A stretch of 63,498 nt of DNA, filler included, from Folioceros fuciformis (Eukaryota): NCBI GenBank assembly GCA_049999805.1. It is 16 parts of 16 records of this genome, joined end to end, with 100 filler letters (N's around TTAATTAATTAA, not from the genome) between each part and the next. Parts side by side here need not be neighbours in the genome. Positions count along the whole stretch, not along the records: positions 46,849 to 50,698 come from JBNGIO010002318.1; positions 50,799 to 54,681 come from JBNGIO010002319.1; positions 54,782 to 57,894 come from JBNGIO010002320.1; positions 57,995 to 59,312 come from JBNGIO010002321.1; 12 more parts are not named here. One strand, 5' to 3'. Position numbers and translations under genes: made by a program. The notes under the pieces are model-generated. The model did not search any database, was not told where the DNA came from, and saw only the letters and a program-made list of their open reading frames with translations. Within the stretch, counting starts at the first letter, position 1, and every line of letters begins with the position of its first letter. Positions 47,916-59,412 of the stretch are shown here, in pieces.

Positions 47916-48675
47916 CTAGAGCTGCGTAATTCCAGCGTTGGGTCATGAACTTGAGGCCCAGCTCCTTCACCAGCCCTCCAGCCCTGACCCGCCAGTGCTC
48001 CATGTTTGGCCAAAAGGCCGTTTCAACCCTTGGCATAGGTGTGGTGATGGTCTTGGTGTGTATGGAATCGTCGTGGGTATTACAGGGAGGCGGGGATGGA
48101 GCTCTTTCCCCCAAGTTGAGCTAATAATGCCTGCACACAGGTGGAGGAGATGCCCACTGCTTTCACTGGCCTTGAGGGAACCGGCGCCCACAGCGATTGT
48201 TTCCTTGCTACTCAACTTGGTGTGTTCAACTCCTGTGTTGTCTATTCACATATTGTGACGAAGACTCCTCAGGACGTCGTCCACTTCTCTGCGCTTTTCT
48301 TGCAAACGCCACAGACTCATTTATGTATTCATCTTTTAATTTTAGAGAATACTAATGATCTCTAGAGTGCAAGCAGAGATGACTTAGTAGCCACATAATC
48401 AAACATTTCTCAAGGAGAGATTTTTTCATTACGTGGTTAGATAAATCATCTATGTATGCAGCATCCTAGAATCAAACGAATAGATAGATCAAGTAAACTG
48501 GTGCTATGATACCATGCTACTAATTGCATAAGCGAGCTTTGTAAGAAAGCATTAATTAATAATAAAAGGAAAGTATCCTTTAAATAAAAAATTGTAAAGT
48601 GTCTTTTAGGTTAAGTATTTAACCTCTAGTCTAACAGCTAGGGTATAAACTATTTCAGGTTTCTTACTCCTAACA
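47916..48675 (-). mobile_element. Second LTR element 5' end: short LTR 48515-48675, PBS-like 48503-48514
   Basis: Minus strand TGTTAGGAG...GTAGCA followed by TGGTATCATAGC (one mismatch to the Met PBS); interrupted by the previous element. Confidence 0.65.
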
Positions 48676-48760
48676 TTAATCTATGTCTACAGCTAAGTGG
48701 GAGTGTTAAGGGTAATAAAAGATATCCTAACAGAGATTAACCAGTTATAACCTATTGCTA
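48676..48760 (+). mobile_element. Copia PPT and 3' LTR start remnant
   Basis: ctAAGTGGGAG|TGTTAAG, the same PPT as at 41817 and 43550. Confidence 0.6.
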
Positions 48761-48764
48761 GTTA

Positions 48765-49786
48765 TGCAAGATTGCTGGAAGAGATTCGCTGAGAAATCGT
48801 TGGGAGGTTGAGAAAGGCTGCTGAGGGTTGGACGAGATTGCTGGGGAATTTCTTAGGAATTCTTGGACGTTTGTGGAGGACTGTGGAAGGTCGTTGGAGT
48901 TGATGTAAGATAAATGGAGAGCTGGAAACATTGCTGGAGAACTGAAGAGAAAACGGCTGAGAAGTTGCTGGAGAATGGAGGAAGAGTGTTGAAGATTGGA
49001 TGCGAATCTTGGAGAATTTCTACGAGATTTCGAAGTGTTTGTGAGTGGTTGTGGGAGCTTGTTGAAGGCCATGAGGGATTGTGAAGGATTTGCTGGAGAT
49101 TTGGGGACATTGTCGGAGATTGAGACCCTTGGGGGCAGGCCTGCGAGAATAACTGTGAGCCAGAGCTCTTGTGTGTGATTTGCATGTGTGTGTGGGAAGG
49201 TGTGGCTAATCCGCGGGCGCTTGTTCCCCAAGGAGCAGCACTTGCATGTGTGTGGGGCACTCAATAATCCAGATCTGTGACTTTGGAAAATCCTAAGCGG
49301 AAACCCGTGGCGAGGCCTGCGCCGAAAATAATTAGTTAGGGTTTGTTGTGGGACCCACCACGGTAGTGAACCATGATGGTTGTTGTGGGACGCACCACGG
49401 TAGTGGAACCCACTACCGTTGTGGAGACCACTATCGCGGTAGTTGAGTAGGCACCGGGGTAGTACAAGGGTCGTGGTTGTGGAGGAGCCTACCTCGGTAG
49501 TTGAAGGGTCAATAGTTGTAGAGACCCCTACCGCGGTAGCTGAGTGAGGCCAGAGTTGTAGAGTAAGGACTGTGGTAGCTAGGCTAGCTCAGGGGTAGGG
49601 GTAGTTGAACCTGTAGGTAGTGGAGCTGGGGTAGTTAAAGTCTGACCTAGGTAGAAGCTAACTTTTAAAAGAAACCTGTGTTACTTGGCACAAATCATTC
49701 CCTTGGGATCGAATCCCACCGCTATAACGACATAGAGGGCTTGTGTGGACCTCGCAGCACCCCCGGGTGCGATATTTTCCCTCACA
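48765..49786 (+). mobile_element. Gypsy-type LTR (family X)
   Basis: Ends ATTTTCCCTCACA; 49228-49786 is homologous to 14837-15335. Internal degenerate repeats (ttgctgga; gtagttga). Left boundary uncertain. Confidence 0.75.
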
Positions 49787-50524
49787 CTTGGTAAGCTCCG
49801 CTTCCTCTTAGGCTGAGCTAGTTTCAGAGCTCGTCGCAATTGCTGTTTGTACCGCGGCGTGTCTCAGAGTAGTTGGCCAAAAGTCACCATGAATTTTTGA
49901 TCCATGATGGCTTCTGCCAATCGAGGACCTCCAGCCCTCGACTCCCCTTCTCTTAAAGTGAATAGACACTTTAGTCAATATTTAAACATACACGATTTTG
50001 TATTTAATTAATGCATTCAATGTTTACAACAAGCTTCCGCTTATTATCACCAGTTTCTTCATGTTGCTACACATAGGTTGCTGGTTCAAGGTTCGTTTCC
50101 ATAAGTGTGCTTGCAATCCCCGAGAAGTCACTCCAGGTTCAGAAAGAAATAATGTCTCATATTCACAGTCTTTAGTACAAAGGGGAAATCCAGTCTACCT
50201 ACCCTGTTTCAAACTACAAGCAAGGCAAGAGACAAGCCAACCAACAGTGCAGAAGATGGGTCCACATGTGGACACCGAACAAGCCATGAGAACAACTAGG
50301 GTGCACTCAGACGTGCACATAAAAAAGAAGACAATGGAAGCCGCACGGGATAGCCAACAAGCCTACCTACACCATCTTCAAAAAAGCCACCATATACAAA
50401 CCTCTATGGTGCTACAAGTGCGGTGCCTTTGACCTTCCTACACCTGCATGCTGGTGTGACACAAGCATCCCTAATGTTAGGGCATAAGCTTAACATCACT
50501 TAGGGTTAGGGTTATGTTATAACC

Positions 50525-50682
50525 TGTTAGGATTCGTATATCCAAAGGGCACTTAGTGAGGGGTTTCTTAGTATATAAGACCAACACTTGTTTCATTTAA
50601 TGTAATGTATTATTCTGAATAGAAATATGCTTCTATTCCCTTGTATATAAGAGTATGGCTTTATCCAATCATGGTATGAGAG
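50525..50682 (+). mobile_element. Short Copia-type 5' LTR (50525-50671) and PBS-like site
   Basis: TGTTAGG...CAATCA immediately followed by TGGTATGAGAG; internal TATATAA. Confidence 0.65.
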
Positions 50683-50798
50683 GACCGCTCTTGATGTCNN
50701 NNNNNNNNNNNNNNNNNNNNNNNNNNNNNNNNNNNNNNNNNNTTAATTAATTAANNNNNNNNNNNNNNNNNNNNNNNNNNNNNNNNNNNNNNNNNNNN

Positions 50799-51513
50799 GT
50801 ACGGGAGCAGGGGGTAGGCGAGCCAAAGCTGCCTTTTTGGAGGTGTTAAGGACTTCGAAATAATCCCAGATATGGAAAAGGAAGGGGGAGAGACCTCAAG
50901 CATGTGGCTTCTCCTGCCAAAGTTTACTAACCTTGGATTGGAGCCGATGTGCCATTACCTTCCCCCAATCCACAAGGTTGCCCCGTGCCAGCCCATAGAG
51001 GAGGAGGAGAACTTTGTCCGCGATGTGATTTGTCTTGGTCACGAGTAGCCAGTTGACGATGAGCCTGGCTACTCCTTGGATTCTTGGGTCTAGGATGTCA
51101 TGGATTAGCCACCCGTTGGTGGTCTTCGTGGAGTCCGCCTACAGGAGTGTCATTGCAACCTCCTTGACCTTGTCCTTGCTGCGCTGCAAGTTAAAATAGA
51201 GACCTCCCCGCTCCTCCGATGGTCACCGGTGGACCTTCCTCATCATCTGGACTATCCAAAGCTTGGGGTTGTCTCGGACTCTAACCAAGGTAGCTTTCCC
51301 ACACACGTAGGACAGCAGGGTCTTGGCAAACTCTCTAACCATGGTAGAAGAGTTGATACCCCATGGGAATTGGAAGATGCTGAGCTCCCACTGCTCCATC
51401 AAGTCGCCGGCTGTTGAGAACTAGGGTGCCAAATTGGGATAGGGTCTGGTCTGGATGTGTTCAGCGTTCATCTTCCAGGGGTTGACGATCTCCAAAAACT
51501 GTCCCCACGGCAT
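50799..51513 (-). pseudogene. Gypsy accessory ORF homologue, N-terminal part
   Basis: MPWGQF...QFPWG...MVREF...TKTTNGWLIHD...GVARL...LVDWGKVMAHRL...LSPFLFHIW, colinear with 3555-3860. Confidence 0.65.
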
Positions 51514-51974
51514 ACTAATGGCTAGGGCGGTGACACTGGTGGAGACGAAGGCAAAGACAAGGGTTGTTGTGTCAGAGGGTAGGTGCACAACCAAGAGGAG
51601 CGCGGAGAGTCAGAGTGGCGGAGTGAAAGGAGAGTGAGGAGTGAGAGGCGGGAGGGAGGTGAAGGGATATGGAGCGTATCAGCCAGTGTAAGCAAGAGTA
51701 AGGTGAGAGTAAGCACTTACGCTCCAACTCTTTGGTATGCCTACAACCATCCGTGGAGGTTATGCCCTGCCATCTGCATGATATTAGAGTACCTGTTATT
51801 GATCGGTCTGTCTTGATAGTTAGTCCGACGGCTGATTTGGTGGAGCAAACTTCAGCATGCTAGTTACTCTTAAGACTTGGTTTCACTACTACTTTACCCT
51901 GGTCAGTGCTGATTTGGTGGGACTCCGGAAAATGACTCCGCTGTAATATCGGAGTAGAGCTCCGATATATCTTT

Positions 51975-53121
51975 GGGGCTAACAGGTTTGCAAATTGTTG
52001 AAGACCATTTATGGTCTTAAGCAATCTCCTCGGGCCTGGTACAAAAGGATCATGAAGTACTTACAGAAGCTTGGTTTTCAGCAATCCCTTGCTGACACCA
52101 ATGTTTTCTATCTTGCCGTTGGTACCTTGTTCGTCATCCTGGCCCTATATGTAGATGACTGTGTGCTTCTCAATAACAGTATGGATCAACTTGAGGAGGT
52201 CAAAGCTATGCTGCGCCGAGAGTTCGAAGTGACTGATCAGGGGGATCTGCAATTTTGTCTTGGGATCCAAATCCTGTGTCATAGGGTACATGGTCAGATT
52301 ATCTTGCACTAGACAAAGTACTTTAAAGAGATACTAAAGAGGTTTCACCTGGATGGGGCTAAACCTGTAGCCACTCCCTCTGCAATGGGGGAGAAGTTAA
52401 TATTTGCCATGTCTCCTCAGAATGCACAAGAGCTTAAGGACATGCAGGCTATTCCATATGCAGAGGTAGTCGGTTGTTTGATATATCTAGCAAATTGGAC
52501 TAGACCATATATCAATTATTTTGTGTCTATGGTGTCACTAGTCTTTAAGTCACGTGGAAGACAACATTGGGCAGCCGTTAAGAGGATCTCTCATTATCTT
52601 AAGGGCACAACATCCTATGGGTTACAATGTACAAGCCGCGAGAGAAATAGACTTGAACTTATCTCATTTGCTGATGCTGACTGGGCGTCAGGAAGAGCTT
52701 GTCAGTTTATTGTTTTCGGTTGGCCTCTGGAACTGTCAATTGGAGCTGCAAGAAGCAGACTTCACTTGCCCTTTCCTCTACGGAGGCTGAGTATAGAGCA
52801 CTCACGGATACCTGCAAGGAGGCTGAATGGCAACGGCAGTTTTTGGAGTTAGTGAACCAAACACAAAAAGAACCAACTATGTTGTATTGTGACAACATGA
52901 GCGCTATAGCTCTTGTATCTAATCCCCGCTTTGCACTCCTACAAAGCATTTAGAGCTCTATCACCACTATATTAGGGACATTGCAGAATGAGGGGTTATC
53001 AAGGTACAATATATCAGCACTCGTCTCAACACTACAGACATATTCATGAAAGGGCTCCCAAAGGCCAAACATTTCCAACACATGGCTGCCTTAGGTCTGA
53101 AAGAGTTTGGCTATCCTTAGT
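51975..53121 (+). pseudogene. Ty1/Copia RT-RNase H, degenerate
   Basis: IYGLKQSPRAW, LYVDDC, FADADWA, SSTEAEY, LYCDN. Confidence 0.93.
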
Positions 53122-53638
53122 AAGCAGACTGACTATCCTAGGCAATTCTATGGCTAAAGTTGAAGGACACTGTTATCCACACACTGGGTCTTCACCTCAG
53201 TGGCTCTTGCCACTGCTATGATGAGGAACAACTTCAAGTTCATAGCCATCTTGCATAGGTAGATTAGGTCTTGGGTTAGCTCACTGAACATGCATGATTG
53301 GTGGATGAAGCGTAAAGCTTGAATTGAATCGCAGGCATGGCATGGAACGAGATTTGGTAGGAATTTACATACCTTGAATATCTTCTTCCCACATAGGGGG
53401 CACAGACGGTTTCTGTATGCACACACACTACAGTCACAATTCCTCCTGGTTTTGTCGACGGCAGCAGTTGCTCTGTTCACAGTTTCCTCTACTAGGGCTA
53501 TGTACTGTTAGATCACCTCAGCCCTCTTCACATCCAATAGGGCCTCCATCTCATCTAGGGTTAGCATGACAGCAGCAACTTGCCACTCCAGCACAGTTCC
53601 AGTGGGAGTTCTTCCTCCAACTCCGGCTTGAAGACGAG

Positions 53639-54681
53639 TGTGGAGGCAAAACCCCGGGCACTGATTGCCGACGGGTTCCACCTTTAGTGGCCACACTTAT
53701 CCCACTGTCGTTGAGACATTGGGTTTCGTTCCCACGAAGGAGCGATGGGGTTCCTTGCTGCTGTGGATGGAGGGTCGGACTTGATCAACTCGATGATGGA
53801 TTCGAGGGCTCCCCTCCAGCTCCGATTAGGCGTAGGACAGGCCTCGCTGTCCGGCGGTCAGCTGCACCTCTCTCGGTGCCCACAAACTCACTCTTGTCAC
53901 TACAACGACCCTAACCTCTCAGATCTGTGACTTCCCTCACTCACTTCACTCACTCTCTTACTCCAGCACCAACACCAACAACTACCGGCAACCAGCAACG
54001 ACACCACTACCTTCTACACTTCCCTACGGACTCCTCCTACCCGGCAAGAGTCACTAGACTAACTCCAAACAAAAGGACGAAGGGAACACACTCCCCTCTT
54101 GGGTATCTCCTCCCCACAACCTTACCAGACGCCATGAGACATGGCCGGCCTACAACACTTGACCAAGCAAGGAACAAGAGTGGACAGGTCGAGAGGAAGA
54201 CACACCCTTTACAATCAAGAGCTAGGGGCAAGCCCCTTCACCCTGGTCATTACACCTTGTGATCCTACCAGACACTATACAACCGGCAACACGCTGCCTG
54301 CGATCCTACCAAACACTGTACAGCCGGCAACACGCTGCCTGCGATCCTACCAGACACTGTACAGCCGGCAACACACGGCTTGCGATCCTACTAGACGTTG
54401 CACAACCGGCAACACACTGCAGGTCCTAAACCAAGCAGGGACAGACCACAAGAGCTCAAGAAGAGAGGACCTCCAAGAGCTCACAAAGAGATAGACTGAC
54501 TCCCAAAAGTGAATGACTCCCTCCTCCTACAGGCTCACCTGATCTTATAGGAGCCTCTCTCTCTCTCTCTGACTTCACCTCTCTAACTTGAGAAATATTA
54601 TTTTAATAGCCTAGCCGGCCGTCACCAGCCACTTATTTAGACTTCTAGCACAACCTGCCACCAATGAGCTTCTGGCCCTAC
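53639..54681 (-). mobile_element. Gypsy-type LTR (family Y), nearly full length (about 1.05 kb), with four 41-bp tandem repeats at 54261-54421
   Basis: Reverse complement of 58440-59312 and 37925-38239; gatcctac recurs at 54261, 54302, 54343 and 54384. Confidence 0.85.
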
Positions 54682-54781
54682 NNNNNNNNNNNNNNNNNNN
54701 NNNNNNNNNNNNNNNNNNNNNNNNNTTAATTAATTAANNNNNNNNNNNNNNNNNNNNNNNNNNNNNNNNNNNNNNNNNNNN

Positions 54782-57700
54782 CTATCTGCTCGTCTGTGTT
54801 GACATACACAAGATCAATAGCTCCAGATAAAATCCTTTCGCGAAGAAAATGATAATGTATTTCAATGTGTTTTGTCCTGGCATGAAACACTAGGTTTCGC
54901 GCCAACTGTATGTTGCTAAGATTGTCACAATAGATAACAACCTTGTCGTTGACCTGCAATCCAAAATCTCCGAGTAACTTACAAATCCAAGTCACTTCAC
55001 ACGCTGCCATTGCTGCGCCTCTGTATTCAGCTTCTGTACTAGACAAAGCCACTGTAGGCTGCTTCTTGCTACTCCATGTAATTGCTGCACTCCCAAGTGA
55101 AAAAGTGAATCCACTTGTAGATCTACGATCAGTAACACTGCCTGCCCAATCTGCATCTGTGTATCCACACAGGTTTATTTCTAAATCTGCAACATAAAAG
55201 AGAGCATGATCCATAGTTGCCTTCACATAGCGCAACGTTCGCCTTACTGCATCCAAATGTGGCTTTCTTGGCGCCTGCATAAACTGACTTTGCAATCCCA
55301 CTGTATAGTTCAAATCTGGTCGGGATAGAGTGAGATATATCAAGCTACCCACAATCTTCCTGTACATTGTTAGATCTTCAAGTGCTTCACCATCATGAGC
55401 ACTGAGCTTTAGATTTTGATCCAAAGGAATCGAGATTGGCTTGCACTCAACCATACCATACTTAGTTAGTACATCCGACGCATACTTCCGCTGTGACAGC
55501 CAAATGCCTGTGTTGGTTCGTATAATTTCAATGCCCAAAAAGAACCTCAGTTCACCTAGGTCCGCCATCTTGAACTCTTGTTGTAGAAGTTCCTTGATCT
55601 GCTCCACTTGATCCAACTGATTACCTCCAATGATTAGATCATCCACATAAATGGTCACAAAGACCAGTCGTTTTGTACTTTTGCACACATACAACGAATG
55701 ATCCGCATCTGCCATGTTGAATCCGATGTGAATCAGATGCTGAGCAAGACGCTCATGCCAAGCCCTCGGGGCTTGCTTCAGTCCGTACAACGTTTTTTTC
55801 AGCTTGCACACATGATTTGGATGATCCAAATCCTCATAACCTGGTGGCTGGTCCATGTATACTTCTTCCAGCAATTCTCCATGTAAAAACGCATTCTTCA
55901 CATCCATATGATGTAGGACCCAACCTTTCGATGCCGCTAGTGCGATCACAGTTCGAATTGTTGCCATTTTGGCAACTGGACTGAACGTCTCCTCAAAATC
56001 TATTCCATATGTCTGGGCATATCCCTTGGCCACAAGCCTTGCCTTGTACCTGTTGATACTACCATCTGCGTTGTGTTTGACCTTGTACACCCATTTGCAA
56101 CCTATTGGTTTCTTGCCTTCAGGTAGTTGTACTAGGTCCCATGTTGCATTCTGATTTAACGCATTCATTTCTTCATCCATAGCATGTTCCCACTTTGTGT
56201 CTCCAATAGCTTCTTCAAAGCTTCTTGGTTCCACATCCTGTACAACCTTTGCCATATAGGCATGGTGCCTAGCTACATAGCTATCATAGGTCAACCGCTG
56301 TATTGGAACCTTCTGCCTTCCAGATCTCCGTGGGATTGAACCACTTCCAGGGGCTGATTGAACCTCTTTTGCACCAGGTGTTTCGATTTTCGGTACACCG
56401 AATTCCTCACCCAAGCTCTGCTCAGAGTCGCTTGAATCATCCGCACCTGCACTTAAGTCTCGTATCTTTGAATCTTGGACTTTTTCCTTCCCTTTGCGAG
56501 ACACAGTTGTGGAGCTCGTAGGACTCACACTACCCTGCAACCTGCCACTCCATGGATTCTGAACATTTGTCGAGTTTGATGACGCTTGCGGTCCACTCAA
56601 CACTTGTGATTGTTGACCTGCATTGCTTGTTACCTCAGTTTCAAGCACATCAACTACACTACTTCCTTGTACTTCAAAGTACCAGCTACCCATTTCATCA
56701 AAGACTACGTCTCTGCTTACTCTCATAGTCCGTGTACTGGGATTGTAGCACCTGTATCCTTTCTGTGTAACAGAATACACAATGAAGACACACTTTTCTG
56801 CTTTTGAATCAAGCTTAGTCCGCAACTCATCCGGAATATGGACATAAGCAATGCAACCAAATACCTTTAAGTGTGACAAGTCAGGTTTCTTCCCTGTGAA
56901 CTTCTCCTCCGGTGTTACACTGTGCACCGCTGCTATGGGAGTTCTATTCATGATGTACACTGCTGTGCTTACAGCTTCAGCCCAATAGTAGTGAGGCATC
57001 TTCTTCTCTGTCATCAATGCTCTCGCCACTTCTGCTATGTGCCTGTTCTTGCGCTCTGCAACTCCATTTTGTTGTGGCGTATAACGACATGAGTACTGCC
57101 GTTGAATGCCCTGTTCTGATACCCTGTGCTGAACTCTATGGAGAAGTACTCTCCCCCTCCATCAGATCTTAGGCATTTGATGTGCCTACCTGCCTGCTTC
57201 TCAACCATCGCCTTGAAAGTATGAAAATGAGTGATCACTTCACTTTTTTCTTTCATGAAATAGACCCACACCTTCCTTGTGTGGTCGTCAATGAAGGTCA
57301 CATAGTACTTGCAGCCTCCGATTGATGCAGTCTGTGTAGGACCCCATACATCTGAATGCACAACATCCAACACATATCTGCTGACATGTTTGTCATGGGG
57401 GAACGCATTCCTAGGCTGTTTCCCAAGTTGACATGCTTCACATATACCTTGCAGTCCAGTTTCTGTAAGCTTGGGTATGCCTGTGACAACCTTCTGATGC
57501 TGCATGGACTTCAACTTCTGCACATTTACATGTCCAATGCGTTTGTGCCACATCTCTAGGTCTGTCACTACCCTTGTACCCTTCGCAAACATGGCTGACT
57601 TCAGCTTAGGAACCTCCACGTTCAAGGTGAACATCCGTCCAACCTTCTGTCCTTGAGCAATCAGGCGACCGCCTTTCTTGCACTCTTCAACAAAGAGTCC

Positions 57701-57894
57701 TGCAGGTGTAAATCTAACCTGCAGTCCTTGCTCAACCATCTGCCCAACTGACACCAAGTTCTTTGTGATGCTGGGTACGTGAAGAACATCTACCAGGCAC
57801 TTCACTTTGCCATCCTGCATCTTCAGAGGTACAGTTCCTGTATGCACAATTGCATGTGTTGTGTCATCTCCAGTTTCTACATATCCAGGTTTGT
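54782..57894 (-). mobile_element. Ty1/Copia pol, nearly intact (one frameshift near 57120-57130)
   Basis: WHKRIGH, CEACQLGK, VHSDVWGP, LRSDGGGEY; 767-aa ORF with GCKWVYK, MDVKNAFLHG, YVDDL, YTDADWAG, FHARTKHIE. Confidence 0.97.
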
Positions 57895-58432
57895 NNNNNN
57901 NNNNNNNNNNNNNNNNNNNNNNNNNNNNNNNNNNNNNNTTAATTAATTAANNNNNNNNNNNNNNNNNNNNNNNNNNNNNNNNNNNNNNNNNNNNACGTAT
58001 ACCCGTATTTCTTTTTTTTTCCTAATTTCCCCTTTTCTATTTTCACCCCTATTTTTCTGGATTTAATTCCAGAAATTCCAATTCAACTCTGTTTTATCTG
58101 CTTTCTTTACCTCCTAGTTCAGGGCCTATTCCAGCACCTCGGGGTCAGTCTTCTATGTCTGAGGAACCATTTCGGCTGGAAGCTAATCCCGCTGAATAAG
58201 CTACCGTTTTCAAGCCAGGTTCCGGCTGCTGATCCCATTGCCTCCCACCTCCTCTCTATCTTTCCCACTTCTCATACTCCTCCCCTGGAGGCTGGCTCAG
58301 CCACCAAGGGTGAACAGTTGCAGGGGAAGACTTAGCGGGCAGCCATCCAGCAAGGAAGAGGCGGCGTCCGCATATCTTTGAAGATCAGACATCCTCCGAA
58401 GTCTCAGGATAGTCTAAGAGGTGGTAGATCCT

Positions 58433-59312
58433 TGTGGCGGTAGGGCCATGAGCTCATTGGTGGCAGGATGTGCTAGAAGTCTAAATAAGTGGCTGGTGAT
58501 AGCCGGCTAGGCTAGTGGTCCTATTAAAATAATAGTTCTCAAGTTAGAGAGAGATGAAGTCAGAGAGAGAGAGAGGCTCCTATAAGATCAGGTGAGCCTG
58601 TAGAAGGAGGGAGTCATTCACTTTGGGAGTCAGTCTGTCACTTCGTGAGCTCTTGGAGGTCCTCTCTTCACGAGCTCTTGTGGTCCGTTCTTGCTTGGTT
58701 TAGGACCTGCAGTGTGTTGCCGGCTGTGCAACGCTGGTAGGATCGCAAGCCGCGTGTTGCCGGCTGTACAGTGTCTGGTAGGATTGCAGGCAGCGTGTTG
58801 CCGGCTGTACAGTGTTTGGTAGGATCGCAGGCAGCGTGTTGCCGGTTGTATAGTGTCTGGTAGGATCACAAGGTGTAATGACCAGGGTGTAGGGGCTTGC
58901 CCCTAGCTCTTGATTGTAAAGGATGTGTCTTTCTCTCGACCTGTCCACTCTTGTTCCCTGTTTGGACAAGTGCTATAGGCCGGCCATGTTTCATGGCGTA
59001 TGGTAAGGTTGTAGGGGGGAGATATCCAAGAGGGGAGTGTGTTCCCTTCTTTCTTTTCTTTGGGGTTAGTCTAGTGACTCTTGCCGGGTAGGAGGAGTCA
59101 GTAGGGAATTGTAAAAGGTAGTGGTGTCATTGTTAGTTGCTGGTGTTGGTGCTGGAGTGAGAGAGTGAGTGAAGTGAGTGAGGGAAGTCGCAGATCTAAG
59201 AGGTTAGGGTCGTTGTAGTGACTGGAGTGAGTTTGTGGGCACCGAGAGAGGTGCAGCTGACCGCCGAACAGCGAGGCCTGTCCTACGCCTGATCGGAGCT
59301 AGAGGGGAGCCC
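58433..59312 (+). mobile_element. Gypsy-type LTR (family Y), 5' part
   Basis: Begins TGTGGCGG, an inverted match to the CCTCCACA end at 38239; TATAA at 58581; same 41-bp repeats. Confidence 0.85.
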
Positions 59313-59412
59313 NNNNNNNNNNNNNNNNNNNNNNNNNNNNNNNNNNNNNNNNNNNNTTAATTAATTAANNNNNNNNNNNNNNNNNNNNNNNNNNNNNNNN
59401 NNNNNNNNNNNN

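Noticed and set aside
48758..49264. Ser/Pro/Gln-rich minus-strand ORFs
   Set aside because: They derive from degenerate LTR repeats and show no domain signal.
49998..50432. 144-aa ORF
   Set aside because: No recognisable motif and a non-ATG start; cannot be supported.
54261..54421. 41-bp repeats, and the 57-bp repeats at 41986, as CRISPR arrays
   Set aside because: Head-to-tail tandem units without unique spacers, located inside LTRs, with no cas genes.
57995..58432. Possible hAT transposon 5' end with the start of a BED finger
   Set aside because: Only a vague resemblance, with stops, and cut by an LTR before any Cys/His motif.
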